Shown: one piece after another, positions 1 through 16,239 of the stretch
How positions within the stretch are numbered: position 1 is the first letter of the stretch
Layout of the letters: every line of letters starts with the position of its first letter
Program-made: the position numbers and the translations under genes
Notes under the pieces: model-generated
Told to the model about the DNA's origin: nothing
What the model saw: the letters and a program-made list of their open reading frames with translations, nothing else
Databases searched by the model: none
Assembly: GCA_963720545.1 (NCBI GenBank)
Contig: OY970399.1
Coordinates: forward strand, 608,001 to 672,000
Reading direction: 5' to 3'
Length of the DNA: 64,000 nt
DNA from: an uncultured Acidobacteriota bacterium
GTDB lineage: Bacteria; Acidobacteriota; Vicinamibacteria; Fen-336

Positions 1-714
1 CGAGGCGAGGGCGCCGCCGCCCACCATCAGCGCCGACGAGCGGTAGCCAATGACATAGCCGACGCCGAGGAGCGCCGGATCGGTATCGAGGCGCACGCGG
101 GCGGTGCGGTGGTAGAAGTTCAGGACGCGCTCGGGGTACTCGTTCCAGAGCCCGAGCACCACGTTCATCAGCTTGTAGGCGGCGCCGAAGAAGAGGCCCG
201 AGAAAACCAGTTCCGCCTGCCGCCCGCCCTTCTCGCCGGAGATCAGGACCTCGCCGCAGGCGGTGCCCTCGGGGTAGGTGAGCGTGCCGTGCTCCTTGAC
301 GATGAGGTAGCGGCGCAGCGGGATCATCATCAGGATACCGAGCAGGCCGCCGATGAGCGCCAGCACAGTGGTGCGAGTCCAGTCGAGCTCGAAGCCGAGG
401 AAGATGAGCGCGGGTATCGAGAAGATCACGCCGCCCGCGATCGACTCGCCGGCCGAGCCCGCGGTCTGCACGATGTTGTTCTCGAGGATCGAAGCCTGCG
501 AACCGAGCCACTTCGAGGCCCAGCGGAAGATGGTGATCGACAGGACCGCAACCGGGATGGAAGCCGAAACCGTGAGCCCCACCTTCAGGCCGAGGTAGGT
601 CGAGGAGAAGCCGAAGACGATGCCGAGGACCGAGCCGAGGATGAGGGCGCGGATGGTGAGCTCCGGCAGGTCGAGCTCGTCGGGCACGTACGGCTTGAAA
701 CTCGACGCAGCCAC
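1..714 (-). CDS. OPT-family oligopeptide transporter, N-terminal part (runs off window)
   Basis: Manual translation from GTG at 714 (GGAGGTG RBS upstream): ...PELTIRALILG...YLGLKVGLTVSASIPVAVLSI...NIVQTAGSAGES...LTYPEGTAC, typical OPT motifs. Confidence 0.9.
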   Translation of the reverse strand, partial: MAASSFKPYVPDELDLPELTIRALILGSVLGIVFGFSSTYLGLKVGLTVSASIPVAVLSITIFRWASKWLGSQASILENNIVQTAGSAGESIAGGVIFSIPALIFLGFELDWTRTTVLALIGGLLGILMMIPLRRYLIVKEHGTLTYPEGTACGEVLISGEKGGRQAELVFSGLFFGAAYKLMNVVLGLWNEYPERVLNFYHRTARVRLDTDPALLGVGYVIGYRSSALMVGGGALAS

Positions 715-739
715 AATCACCTCCGGGGGCGGTCGGGGG

Positions 740-749
740 ATTCTATAAT
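740..749. promoter_or_regulatory. Overlapping divergent sigma70 -10 boxes
   Basis: TATAAT on + (744-749), 10 nt before GTG 760; TAGAAT on - (745-740) facing the OPT gene. Confidence 0.5.
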
Positions 750-759
750 CCGCTTTGCA

Positions 760-1071
760 GTGACCGAGGTGCTCCAGCCGTACGACAAGCTGTTTCCGCT
801 CGTGGTCCTTGGCAAGGTCCTCGAGGTTCCGGAGAACAACCTCCTCCTGCGCCAGCTGCAGTTCGTCGCTCCCGAGGTGGGCTACGGCCGCTACTGCTGG
901 AACGGCGAGTGCCGGTACTGCGAGGTCCGCTACCGTCTCGGTGACGGGCCCGAATTCGCAGGCCTCGCCTGCCGCATGAAGGGCGCCCCGGGGATGGTTC
1001 TCACGAAGCTCGCCGCTGAGATTCGAGTCAACATTCGCCCGGTCCTCGACCAAGCAGAGGCAGTTAAATAA
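760..1071 (+). CDS. Small 2Fe-2S ferredoxin-like protein
   Basis: C-terminal part of ORF 109..1071 from GTG 760; CWNGECRYC (Cx4Cx2C) plus distal LAC. Confidence 0.7.
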   Translation: MTEVLQPYDKLFPLVVLGKVLEVPENNLLLRQLQFVAPEVGYGRYCWNGECRYCEVRYRLGDGPEFAGLACRMKGAPGMVLTKLAAEIRVNIRPVLDQAEAVK

Positions 1072-1117
1072 CTGATCAGTAGACATTTGTGCGTCTTTTG
1101 AGATTTATGCGCCATCT

Positions 1118-1136
1118 ATGAGTGTCTAAGACTCAT
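1118..1136. promoter_or_regulatory. HAIR-like inverted repeat (candidate HspR-type operator)
   Basis: ATGAGT-N7-ACTCAT just upstream of the dnaK -35; HAIR consensus is CTTGAGT-N7-ACTCAAG. Confidence 0.6.
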
Positions 1137-1145
1137 GTTTCTTGC

Positions 1146-1173
1146 TTGACATTCGCTAATCCTGGCCTATATT
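1146..1173 (+). promoter_or_regulatory. sigma70-type promoter of dnaK
   Basis: TTGACA (1146-1151), 16-nt spacer, TATATT (1168-1173) in an AT-rich intergenic region. Confidence 0.6.
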
Positions 1174-1231
1174 TGCTGTCGACGCTCCGGCCCGCCGGGG
1201 CAAAATCCTGAGTGAAGGGACACCCACAGAT

Positions 1232-3151
<1,920 letters not shown>

Positions 3152-3170
3152 GAAAGAGGGAAAGGAGCCA

Positions 3171-3638
3171 ATGAAAATGGCAATCGTTCGTTTCGATCCG
3201 TTCAGGGACATGCTGACGCTGCAGGAGCGAATGAACCGGCTCTTCGACGAATCGGTTCGCACCATCGGCCGCCCCGGCGCCGAGGAGGATTGGAGCATGG
3301 GCGCGTGGTCTCCCGCGGTCGACATCTACGAGCAGAACGGCAGCATCGTGCTGAAGGCCGAACTGCCTGGCGTCGAGCCGAAGGACGTGGACGTGCGCGT
3401 CGAGAACAACGTGCTCACGCTGCGCGGCGAGCGCAAGCTCGAGGGCGAAGTGAAGCGCGAGAGCTATCACCGCATCGAGCGTTCCTACGGCGGCTTCACG
3501 CGCGCCTTCACCCTGCCGGCGGCGGTAGACACCGACAAGATCAAGGCGGAGTACAAGGACGGCGTGCTGCGCATGACGCTGCCCAAGCGCGACGAAGCCA
3601 AGCCGAAGCAGATCGCGATCGACGTGGCGCGCGGCTGA
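3171..3638 (+). CDS. Hsp20/alpha-crystallin small heat-shock protein
   Basis: PAVDIYE...AELPG...ERSYGGFTRAFTLP...AEYKDGVLRMTLPK; AGGAG RBS. Confidence 0.97.
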   Translation: MKMAIVRFDPFRDMLTLQERMNRLFDESVRTIGRPGAEEDWSMGAWSPAVDIYEQNGSIVLKAELPGVEPKDVDVRVENNVLTLRGERKLEGEVKRESYHRIERSYGGFTRAFTLPAAVDTDKIKAEYKDGVLRMTLPKRDEAKPKQIAIDVARG

Positions 3639-3922
3639 CGATGCGCCTGGCGGCCGGCACGGCGCTGCAAAATGCTCCTTCGTACGCGGCATTGACGCAG
3701 CCTGCCGGCGCCAGCGCTTCCCGAAAGAGGACAGCCGCCGAACCGGAACAGCACCATCCCCGATTGGCGGCGCCGATTCGGGGGCTTGGTTCGTTCGCCA
3801 AGCTACTGACAGCCAGGCACTTAGCGCGGCGGACACCTTTTGACAACGGCTTGCCGCAAGTCACAACCGGTATTCGTAACAACGACGTCTAATTCGTTCG
3901 ACGAGCGCAACCGATCGGTCCC

Positions 3923-3938
3923 TGGAACACGGTTTGCA
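3923..3938 (+). promoter_or_regulatory. Candidate sigma54 (-24/-12) promoter of the HtrA gene
   Basis: TGGAACACGGTTTGCA, GG-N10-GC spacing. Confidence 0.45.
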
Positions 3939-4019
3939 CGCATGGCAGGCACGATGCTTCCGGGACAGAAGGCTGGCACAGGCAGATGAGCTGGGTGACA
4001 TCGAAAGAGGGTTCGAGAA

Positions 4020-5548
4020 TGAACATGGGCAGCCGCACACTTGCGTCGTTCCTGGCCGTCGCGGCAGCGGCGACCGGACTCGGCGCGCTGGTGCAGTCCC
4101 GTGCCCAGGCCGGCAGCCCTGCGGCCGCCTCCCCTGCTTCGGCCGCCGCTGCCGGCGCGCCCGCGGCCGGCAGCGCGCCGCTCACTTTCGACACCTTCCG
4201 CATCATCGCCCGTGAGCGCAACGCCGGTGTCGTCAACATCAGCACCCGCAAGACCGTGCGCGCGCCGCGGGTGCAGTCGCCGTTCGACTTCTTCGGCGAC
4301 GACTTCTTCAACCAGCGCCGCCGCCAGCAGCCGCGGCAGGACAACGACCGCCGCCAGCAGGACGACGACGGCGGACGGTCGTTCTCCGCCAGCAACCTCG
4401 GCTCGGGCTTCGTCATCGACAACCAGGGCTTCATCCTCACCAACCGCCACGTCATCGACGACGTGGACGACATCACGGTCAACCTGGCGAACGGCCACGA
4501 GTACCCCGCGAAGCTCATCGGCAAGGACTCGCGCACCGACGTGGCGCTCATCAAGATCGAGCCCAAGGAGCCGCTCACGGCACTCGAGCTCGGCGACTCG
4601 GAGCAGGCCGAGGTCGGCGAGTGGGTGATGGCGATCGGGCAGCCGTTCGGCCTCGGCAACACCGTCACGGTCGGCGTCGTTTCCTTCAAGGGACGCGACA
4701 TCACCGTCGGCGACCGCAACACCAGCGTCGCCACCATCCAGACGGACGCCGCGATCAATCCCGGCAATTCCGGCGGTCCGCTCCTCAACACCCGCGGCCA
4801 GGTCATCGGCATCAACACCATGATCGCGACCGGCGGCGGCCAGCAGAATGCCGGGGTCGGCTTCGCCGTGGCGATCAACGCCGCGAAGCAGATCCTGCCG
4901 CAGCTGCGCGAGAAGGGTCGCGTCATCCGCGGCTGGATGGGCGTTTCGGTGCGCAGCCTCGACGACGACCTGGCGGCGACCTACGGCTTGAAGGAGGCGG
5001 GCGGCGCGCTCGTCAGCGACGTCACCGCCGGCAGCCCGGCCGAGAAGGCCGGTTTCCAGCCCGAGGACGTGGTGGTCGAAGCCGATGGCCGTCCGGTGAA
5101 GACGAGCGGCGAGCTCACCAACTACGTCGCGAGCCTGGCGCCCGGCACCGCCGTCAAGGTGAAGGTGCTGCGCGGCAACGCCACCAACATCAAGAACCTG
5201 ACCGTGACGCTCGGGACGTTCCCCGAGGAAGCGGCGCCTGCCGAGACCGACAACGACTCCAAGGCATCGCTCGGCATGCGGCTGCGCGACATCACGCCGG
5301 CGATGGCCGACCAGAACGAGGTGCCGCGCGGCACCAAGGGCGTGCTGGTCAGCGACGTGGAGCCGGGCGGCGCGGCGGAGCGCGCCGGGATCGCGGCCGA
5401 CGACATCCTGGTGAGCGTCAACGGCGTTTCGATCGAGACCGTGGCGCAGTTCCAGGCCGAGGTGGCGAAGGCCAAGTCCGCAGGCATCGCCCGGGTGAGG
5501 GTCAAGCGCGGGCAGCAGTACTTCATTGCCGCATTGAGGGTTTCATAA
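4020..5548 (+). CDS. Periplasmic serine protease, Do/DegP/DegQ (HtrA) family, two PDZ domains
   Basis: Signal peptide; TNRHV, DVALIK, AINPGNSGGPL triad motifs; ORF open from 3986, ATG 4020 has GAGG upstream. Confidence 0.96.
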
Positions 5549-5610
5549 GCGCCGTTACGCAGCCGTCCGTCGAGTCTTCATAGGCCGTTTGGTTGAAGGA
5601 GGAACACATC

Positions 5611-6042
5611 ATGCAGCGCGCACGCATCAAGTCCGCCGACCGGGAGCGCCGGAACACCCTCCGCAAGATGCTCGAGGATCGCAGGAACGAGATCCACGCC
5701 AAGCTCCGCTCGATCCGCGACACCCAGACCGAGGAAGCCGCCGAAGTCCGCGACACCGAGGAACAGAGCGTCGACGACTTCGTGCAGGACGTCGACTTCG
5801 CCCTCATGGAGATGAAGTCGGAGACCCTGCACCGCATCGACGAAGCGCTGCGGCGCGTCGACGCCGGCCTGTACGGCGTTTGCGACGACTGCGGCAACGA
5901 GATCGCCGAGGCGCGGCTCAAGGCAGTGCCGTTCGCGACACTGTGCGTGCGCTGCCAGGAAGACGAGGAATCGACGGCCGCAGTGCAGCGCGAGTTGCGC
6001 ACCCGCGTCGAGCGGGAGGAGCTGACCCTGGCAGCGCGCTAG
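5611..6042 (+). CDS. TraR/DksA C4-type zinc finger protein
   Basis: Coiled coil then YGVCDDCG...RLKAVPFATLCVRCQ; AGGAGG RBS before ATG 5611. Confidence 0.9.
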   Translation: MQRARIKSADRERRNTLRKMLEDRRNEIHAKLRSIRDTQTEEAAEVRDTEEQSVDDFVQDVDFALMEMKSETLHRIDEALRRVDAGLYGVCDDCGNEIAEARLKAVPFATLCVRCQEDEESTAAVQRELRTRVEREELTLAAR

Positions 6043-6106
6043 ATCCGACACGGTCTTTCGCTCCGGTTCCAGCCGCCCTGCCGTCAAGCCGCACTTTTTT
6101 CGGAGA

Positions 6107-8560
<2,454 letters not shown>

Positions 8561-9901
8561 GCGCACGGCTGTCCCACACGAGCAGCACCGCAAGCGCGGC
8601 GATCCACACCAGCGTCGGCACCGTCCAGGCGGCGGTGCCGGCAAGCGCCGGCAGGTAGTCCCCGAGCGCGAGCCTGCCGCCCAGGGCCTCCCAGAACCGC
8701 GCCGGTCGATCGGCGCGGTTCAGCAGCAGGCGGCCCGACGGATGCCAGGTGGCGAACACGATCACCAGCGTCTGCGCCGCCGTCAGCAGGGTGAGCACGC
8801 GCGCCAGGCGCACGGGCGGTCCCTCGCGGCGCAGTCCGGCGAGGATCGCGAAGAGCGGCAGCGCCGGCACCAGCAGGCGCGCCGGCGGACACATGCCGCC
8901 CCACCACTGCCGCCAGAGGAGCGCCGGCACGACGATGGCGGCGCCGAGTGCAAGCGCGGCGCGCAGCGCCTCAGACGTCGGGCGGCGCGGCAGCCGCCAC
9001 AGCGCCGCCAGCGCGCAGATGAGCGTGGGCGCGTACGGCAGCAGGCCGTACGAGCGGTCCACGAGCAGGCCGACGAGGCTGCGCAGCGGGCTGCCGGTGA
9101 ACAGCGCTCCGCTGGCCCCGCCGTAGATGCCGAACACCGGCGCGAAGCCGCCGAACACGTGCTGCAGGTAACCCAGAAACGCGGCCGCCATCGCGAGCGC
9201 GACCGCCGCGAACACGGCGCGCGCCGCGCCGCGCAGCCGCCATAATGCGACTGCGGCGATGACGGCGGCCGCGGGCAGCATCTTCACGTGCAGCCAGGGC
9301 AGCGCCGCCGCCAGCAGCGCCGCCAGCGCCGCCTGGGCCGTGCCGCGGCTCTGCCAGGCGAGGCGCAGCGCCCACCACGCGCAAAGCGCCGACGGCACCT
9401 CCGTGTAGACGTGGAACGAATAGAAGAAGACGGGCGAGATCATGAGCAGCAGGCCGGCCCACAAGGCGGTGTCGTCGCGGCCCGGTGAAACGAGCCGCGC
9501 CCAGCGCATCGTCTCGGCGACCAGGAGCGCCGCCAGCAGCGACAGCACCAGCACCGCGCCGGGACGGCCCAGCAGGCCGACCGCGGGCGCCAGCAGGAAC
9601 GGCAGGCCGGCGCCGTGCGCCGGATAGGGGCGGCCGTCGCGCCGCGGCCAGCCGTAATGCGGCGCGAGCGCCGGGACGTAGCCGCGAAAGTCCGCGCGCT
9701 CGACGTTGTCGCGCAGGTCGAGGTCGCCCTCGCGCCACAGGCTCTGCGCCATCAGCAGGTAGTGGGGCTCGTCGCCCGACGCCTGCAGGCCGTGCACGTA
9801 ATAGAGGCCCGCGGCGCAGAACAGGAGAAACGCCGCCGCTGCCGCCTTCCACGCGCTCACGCCCCGCCATGCTACCAAAGCGAATTTGACGACGAGCGAC
9901 G

Positions 9902-11599
9902 ATGTCGTTGATGATCATGCGCACCCCGATGAATTGCCACGTGTGTCAGGAGGCCGTCGCGGCCGACGCGCCTCGCTGCCCTTCGTGTGGCGCGAACATG
10001 GCCCTCGGCGTGCTCGAGGTGGTGCGCGGCAACCTCTCCGACCGCATCCACTTCCTGAAGGCACGCGAATACCGCGTCGGCCGCTCGCACCGCAACGACA
10101 TCGTGCTGGCTGAGCCGTCGATCTCCAAGGACCACGCGCGCATCTGGTATACGGAGGGCGCCTTCCACATCGAGGACTGCGGCAGCCGCCACGGCATCCA
10201 CGTGAACGCGGTCAAGGCCGAGGCCGCCGAGCTGACCCACGGCTCGACCATCCAGCTCGGCAACATCACGCTGCGCTTCGCCCTGCTCGGCGACGAGACC
10301 ACCGCGCGCATCGCCGAGTTTCCCTGGATCGAGCAGCAGCAGCTGCTGTTGTCGCTGATCCAGCCGCTCAACTCGAGCCTGGTGCTGAGCGACGTGCTCG
10401 AGCAGGTGCTCGACGCGGTCATGCGCATCACCAAGGCGGAGCGCGGCTACATCCTGCTCTACGACGACTCGCCGGAGGCGTCGCGCTACGCGAGCGTCGG
10501 CGGCCTGCGGCTACGCGTCGGCCGCCAGGAAGAGGGCATGGAGCTGACGCAGGTCGAGGGCATCTCGGTCTCCTCCATCAAGCGCGCGCTCGAGACCGGC
10601 ACCACCGTCGCCACCGGCAACGCCTTCCTCGACCCGCAGTTCGACGCCTCGGAGAGCATCCGCAAGATGGACCTGCGGACCATCGTCTGCATCCCGCTCG
10701 GCACCCCGCACCGCTCGGACGACCTCTCCGACGACGTGCTGATGCACCAGGGCGTCATCTACGTCGACAACCACGTCACCTCGGCGCCGTTCAGCGCCGA
10801 CAGCCTGCGTGCCGCCGAGGCGCTGGCGCGCCACGCCGCCATGGCGATCGACAACGCGCGGCTGTTCGAGGCGGAGCAGCGCACCATCCAGCACCTGCGC
10901 ATCACCCAGAACCAGCTGCTGCAGTCGGAGAAGCTCGCGACCATCGGCAAGATGTCGGCCGGCATCGCGCACGAGCTCAACACCCCGCTCGCCTACATCC
11001 TCGGCAACCTCGAGCTGCTGCAACTGCAGAACCTCACCGAGCAGCAGGGCGAGATGGTGAAGGCCGTGCAGCAGGGCGCCGAGCGCATCCGCGAGATGGC
11101 GCAACGGCTGCTCGACTTCTCGCGCCCCTCGCAGGATGCGCCGGCCGACGCCGACCCCAACCGCCTGCTGGAGCGGGCGCTCGAGCTTTGTTACTACCAG
11201 ATCCGCCGCGGCGGCATCCAGCTGCGCAAGGACCTCGGCGCCGCGCTGCCGCCGATCAAGGCGGTTGCGAACCAGCTGGAGATGGCGTTCACCAACCTCA
11301 TCATCAACGCGGTGCAGGCGATGCCGAACGGCGGCAGCCTCACGGTCTCCTCCATGCTCGAAGGCGGCAGCGTGCGGCTCGCGTTCACCGACACCGGCGT
11401 CGGCATCCCGGAGAAGATCCGCCCGACGCTGTTCGAGCCGTTCGTCACCACCAAACCCGCCGGCAAGGGCACCGGCCTGGGGCTCTCGACCGTGCTCATG
11501 ATCATCGAGAGCCACAAGGGCCGCATCGACTTCACCACCGAATCCGGCGTCGGCACCACCTTCAACGTGTTCCTGCCAGTTGAGGCGGCGGCGAGCTAG
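9902..11599 (+). CDS. Sensor histidine kinase with Zn-ribbon, FHA and GAF domains
   Basis: CHVC..CPSC; FHA GR..SKDHA..GSRHG; GAF; H-box AHELNTPL, INAVQAM, DTGVG, FEPFVTTK, GTGLGLS; start may be ATG 9929. Confidence 0.92.
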   Translation: MSLMIMRTPMNCHVCQEAVAADAPRCPSCGANMALGVLEVVRGNLSDRIHFLKAREYRVGRSHRNDIVLAEPSISKDHARIWYTEGAFHIEDCGSRHGIHVNAVKAEAAELTHGSTIQLGNITLRFALLGDETTARIAEFPWIEQQQLLLSLIQPLNSSLVLSDVLEQVLDAVMRITKAERGYILLYDDSPEASRYASVGGLRLRVGRQEEGMELTQVEGISVSSIKRALETGTTVATGNAFLDPQFDASESIRKMDLRTIVCIPLGTPHRSDDLSDDVLMHQGVIYVDNHVTSAPFSADSLRAAEALARHAAMAIDNARLFEAEQRTIQHLRITQNQLLQSEKLATIGKMSAGIAHELNTPLAYILGNLELLQLQNLTEQQGEMVKAVQQGAERIREMAQRLLDFSRPSQDAPADADPNRLLERALELCYYQIRRGGIQLRKDLGAALPPIKAVANQLEMAFTNLIINAVQAMPNGGSLTVSSMLEGGSVRLAFTDTGVGIPEKIRPTLFEPFVTTKPAGKGTGLGLSTVLMIIESHKGRIDFTTESGVGTTFNVFLPVEAAAS

Positions 11600-11702
11600 G
11601 CACAGCCGGCGCGGCGTGGCTCGCCAGCCTGCCCGCGTTGCGCGGCCGCCACAGCGAGACGTACGCTGCGCCGCAAGTCGTTGATCCGCATGTCGCGCGT
11701 CC

Positions 11703-11718
11703 TGGCACGGCACTCGCA
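11703..11718 (+). promoter_or_regulatory. Candidate sigma54 promoter
   Basis: TGGCACGGCACTCGCA, GG-N10-GC. Confidence 0.4.
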
Positions 11719-11733
11719 ACAGGAAGCGGCACG

Positions 11734-11901
11734 ATGGCCACCCAGACACTGCCGTTCCTGCGCCGCCCGATGGTGCGCGTCAGCCTGTTCGGCTACGCGC
11801 TGAAGACGCTCCTGGTCGGCGCGGCATGGCTGGTCGCACCGGAGTGGACCGAAGCGGCGTTCGCGTCGCTGTGGGCGCTCGTCGGCAGCGCTATTCGCTG
11901 A
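11734..11901 (+). CDS. Small hydrophobic hypothetical protein (55 aa)
   Basis: ATG after AGGAAG; GC3-biased codons; two hydrophobic stretches. Confidence 0.5.
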   Translation: MATQTLPFLRRPMVRVSLFGYALKTLLVGAAWLVAPEWTEAAFASLWALVGSAIR

Positions 11902-12252
11902 CCACGATCTGGCCGGACTCGGCAGTCCCTGGATCGACACAGCAGCCAAACGGGTAGGTCCCCGCCGCCTCGAAGCTGACCTCGACGTTCACCGCCTTGC
12001 CGGGGCGCAGCCGCTTCTCGATGGCCGCGGTGGGCAGCGAGAAGCAGTGTTCGCCGCTGGTGGCGAGCACGGTGATGCGCAGCAGCTCGCCGACGCGCGC
12101 ACGCAGCGTCGCGGGCTCGAAGCCGGCGGCGCCGAGCGTGAGGCGGCGCGCACCGGAGCGCACCGCGGGCTGGGCGAGCGCCGGCGGCGTACAGCACGCC
12201 GCCAGCAGGAGCGCGGCGAACGCACGGGCCAGGCAGGCCCGGCGCCCGCGGA

Positions 12253-12256
<4 letters not shown>
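11891..12256 (-). CDS. Exported cupredoxin-domain protein
   Basis: Signal peptide; FEPATLRARVGE, GEHCFSL, GTYPFGCC pattern; start overlaps pnp stop. Confidence 0.7.
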
Positions 12257-14469
<2,213 letters not shown>

Positions 14470-14577
14470 GTTGGTCTCCAATTCAGTTTCGCTTCAAAGC
14501 GTGAACGCACCCGGGCGAGCGTTTTGGTCGACTGGCGCCCGGCAAAGAGGCGTCCCGCGCGGCGGGACGCGTGAGAG

Positions 14578-14847
14578 CTACTTGCGCAGGCCCAGTCGGT
14601 CGATCAGGCCGCGGTAGCGCTTCAGGTCGGTGCGTCGGAGGTAATCGAGGAGGCGGCGGCGCTGGCCGACGAGCATCAGGAGCCCGCGGCGCGAATGATG
14701 ATCCTTGGCGTGCGACTTGAAATGCTGCGTGAGCTGGCTGATCCGCTCGCTCAAGAGGGCCACCTGGACCTCGGGCGACCCGGTGTCGCCTTCGTGGGTC
14801 TTGTAACCCGTAATCACCGTCGTCTTCTGAACCTTACTGAGAGCCAC
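14578..14847 (-). CDS. rpsO: 30S ribosomal protein S15
   Basis: [12 protein letters not shown]...[10 protein letters not shown]. Confidence 0.99.
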   Translation of the reverse strand: MALSKVQKTTVITGYKTHEGDTGSPEVQVALLSERISQLTQHFKSHAKDHHSRRGLLMLVGQRRRLLDYLRRTDLKRYRGLIDRLGLRK

Positions 14848-14873
14848 CCGCTAATCCTCCCTACGGTCTCGCG

Positions 14874-14908
14874 CGCTTTGTCGCTTTTTTGGTCGCTTTT
14901 ATCGCTTT
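14874..14908 (-). repeat. Four tandem AAAGCG units in the rpsO leader
   Basis: CGCTTT on + at 14874, 14882, 14894, 14903. Confidence 0.7.
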
Positions 14909-15090
14909 TTCGAACGGGTGAGTTTATCATGCGCCTCGCCTGACGGGCAAAGGGCAATTGCCGGAGGATGAGGGACTTACCCTCCATCGCTTCTCCGCAG
15001 CGCCGCTGCCCCGAAAAGCTCCAGTCCCTACCGGGGCAAAGGGCACCTCGCGGAAAGACCGCGGTCGCGAATCTCTCAGGAGGCGTGAAA

Positions 15091-16239
15091 ATGCGCTCGA
15101 TTCTTCGATTTGCGCCACTCGCCGCGTGGCTGCTGGCGGCGCCCGCCGCCCTCGCCCAGACAAACGACGCGTTCTTCTCCTCGTGGCACCCGGGCCTCGA
15201 CCAGGGCGCGCCGCGCGCCGCCGGCATGGCGGGTGCGTTCGTTGCCGTAGCCGACGACTCGTCGGCGGTTGCGATCAACCCGGCCGGGATCGCTTCGCTC
15301 GCCAAGTCCGAAGTGCAGGCGTCACTGCTGGCGCGCGGCGCCTCGGACGCGGCCACTGGCCTGCGCGCCCGCACCTCTCTCGGCTACGTGGGCGGCGCCG
15401 GGCTCATCAGCCGCCATTGGGCGATCGGCGGCTTCGTCTCGGTGCCGCACGACCGCCACACCGGCCTGGACGGTACCAGCTTCCTCGACAGCACCATCAC
15501 CGACGGCGGTGTGGCGCTCGCCTGGCAGCCCGACCCACGCCTCAGCCTCGGTGCGCGCCTCAATGCCACTCACCTGCGCCTGCAGGCCGCCGTGCGCACA
15601 GGCACCGGCGTGGACGAACGCTTCGTGGGCATGGCCGCCGGCGCCACGCGCATCACCGGCGACGCGGGACTGCTGTTCGCTGCGTCCGATGCGCTGCGCA
15701 TCGGGCTCGTCTACCGCCGCGGCGCCACCTGGCAGGTGACGCGCGTCGCGCGCGACGTCGCCCACGACGTCGTCCTCGATGACGCGCAGTTCGAGCTGCG
15801 CGCGCCGAGCTCGGTGAGCGGCGGCTTTGCACTGCGCGTGAACGAGCACCTGCTGCTCTCGGCGCAGGGCGACCTGCTGCTGCTGGACACCTCGAACGAT
15901 GCGCTTGCGATCGTCGGCGGCTCGTTCCAGCCCGCCGACTACACCCGCGACAACGCGCTCGACGGCCGCGCCGGCGCCGAGGTCTCGATGAACCTCGGCG
16001 CGTTGAGCCTGCAGCTGCGCAGCGGCGTGGCGCGCGAAACCCGCGCCACCTTCGGCTACAGCGGCAGCGACACGGCGGAAGCGACGCTCTTCAGCGGGCA
16101 AGTGGCATCGACCTACGGCACCGCGGGCGTCTCGCTGGTGGCGGCGCCAGGCGCCGGCGCCGAGTTCGGCGCGCATGCTTCCGCCGCCTTCGGCGCGGAG
16201 CGCACCGTGTTCGCCGCCGGGGTCAGCCTGCGCTTTTGA
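15091..16239 (+). CDS. Outer-membrane beta-barrel protein, FadL/PorV-like
   Basis: Signal peptide; RAAGMAGAFVAVADDSSAVAINPAGI N-terminal motif; ends VSLRF; AGGAGG RBS. Confidence 0.8.
   Translation: MRSILRFAPLAAWLLAAPAALAQTNDAFFSSWHPGLDQGAPRAAGMAGAFVAVADDSSAVAINPAGIASLAKSEVQASLLARGASDAATGLRARTSLGYVGGAGLISRHWAIGGFVSVPHDRHTGLDGTSFLDSTITDGGVALAWQPDPRLSLGARLNATHLRLQAAVRTGTGVDERFVGMAAGATRITGDAGLLFAASDALRIGLVYRRGATWQVTRVARDVAHDVVLDDAQFELRAPSSVSGGFALRVNEHLLLSAQGDLLLLDTSNDALAIVGGSFQPADYTRDNALDGRAGAEVSMNLGALSLQLRSGVARETRATFGYSGSDTAEATLFSGQVASTYGTAGVSLVAAPGAGAEFGAHASAAFGAERTVFAAGVSLRF

Noticed and set aside
109..759. N-terminal 217 aa of ORF 109..1071
   Set aside because: Antisense shadow of the OPT transporter; only the part from GTG 760 looks real
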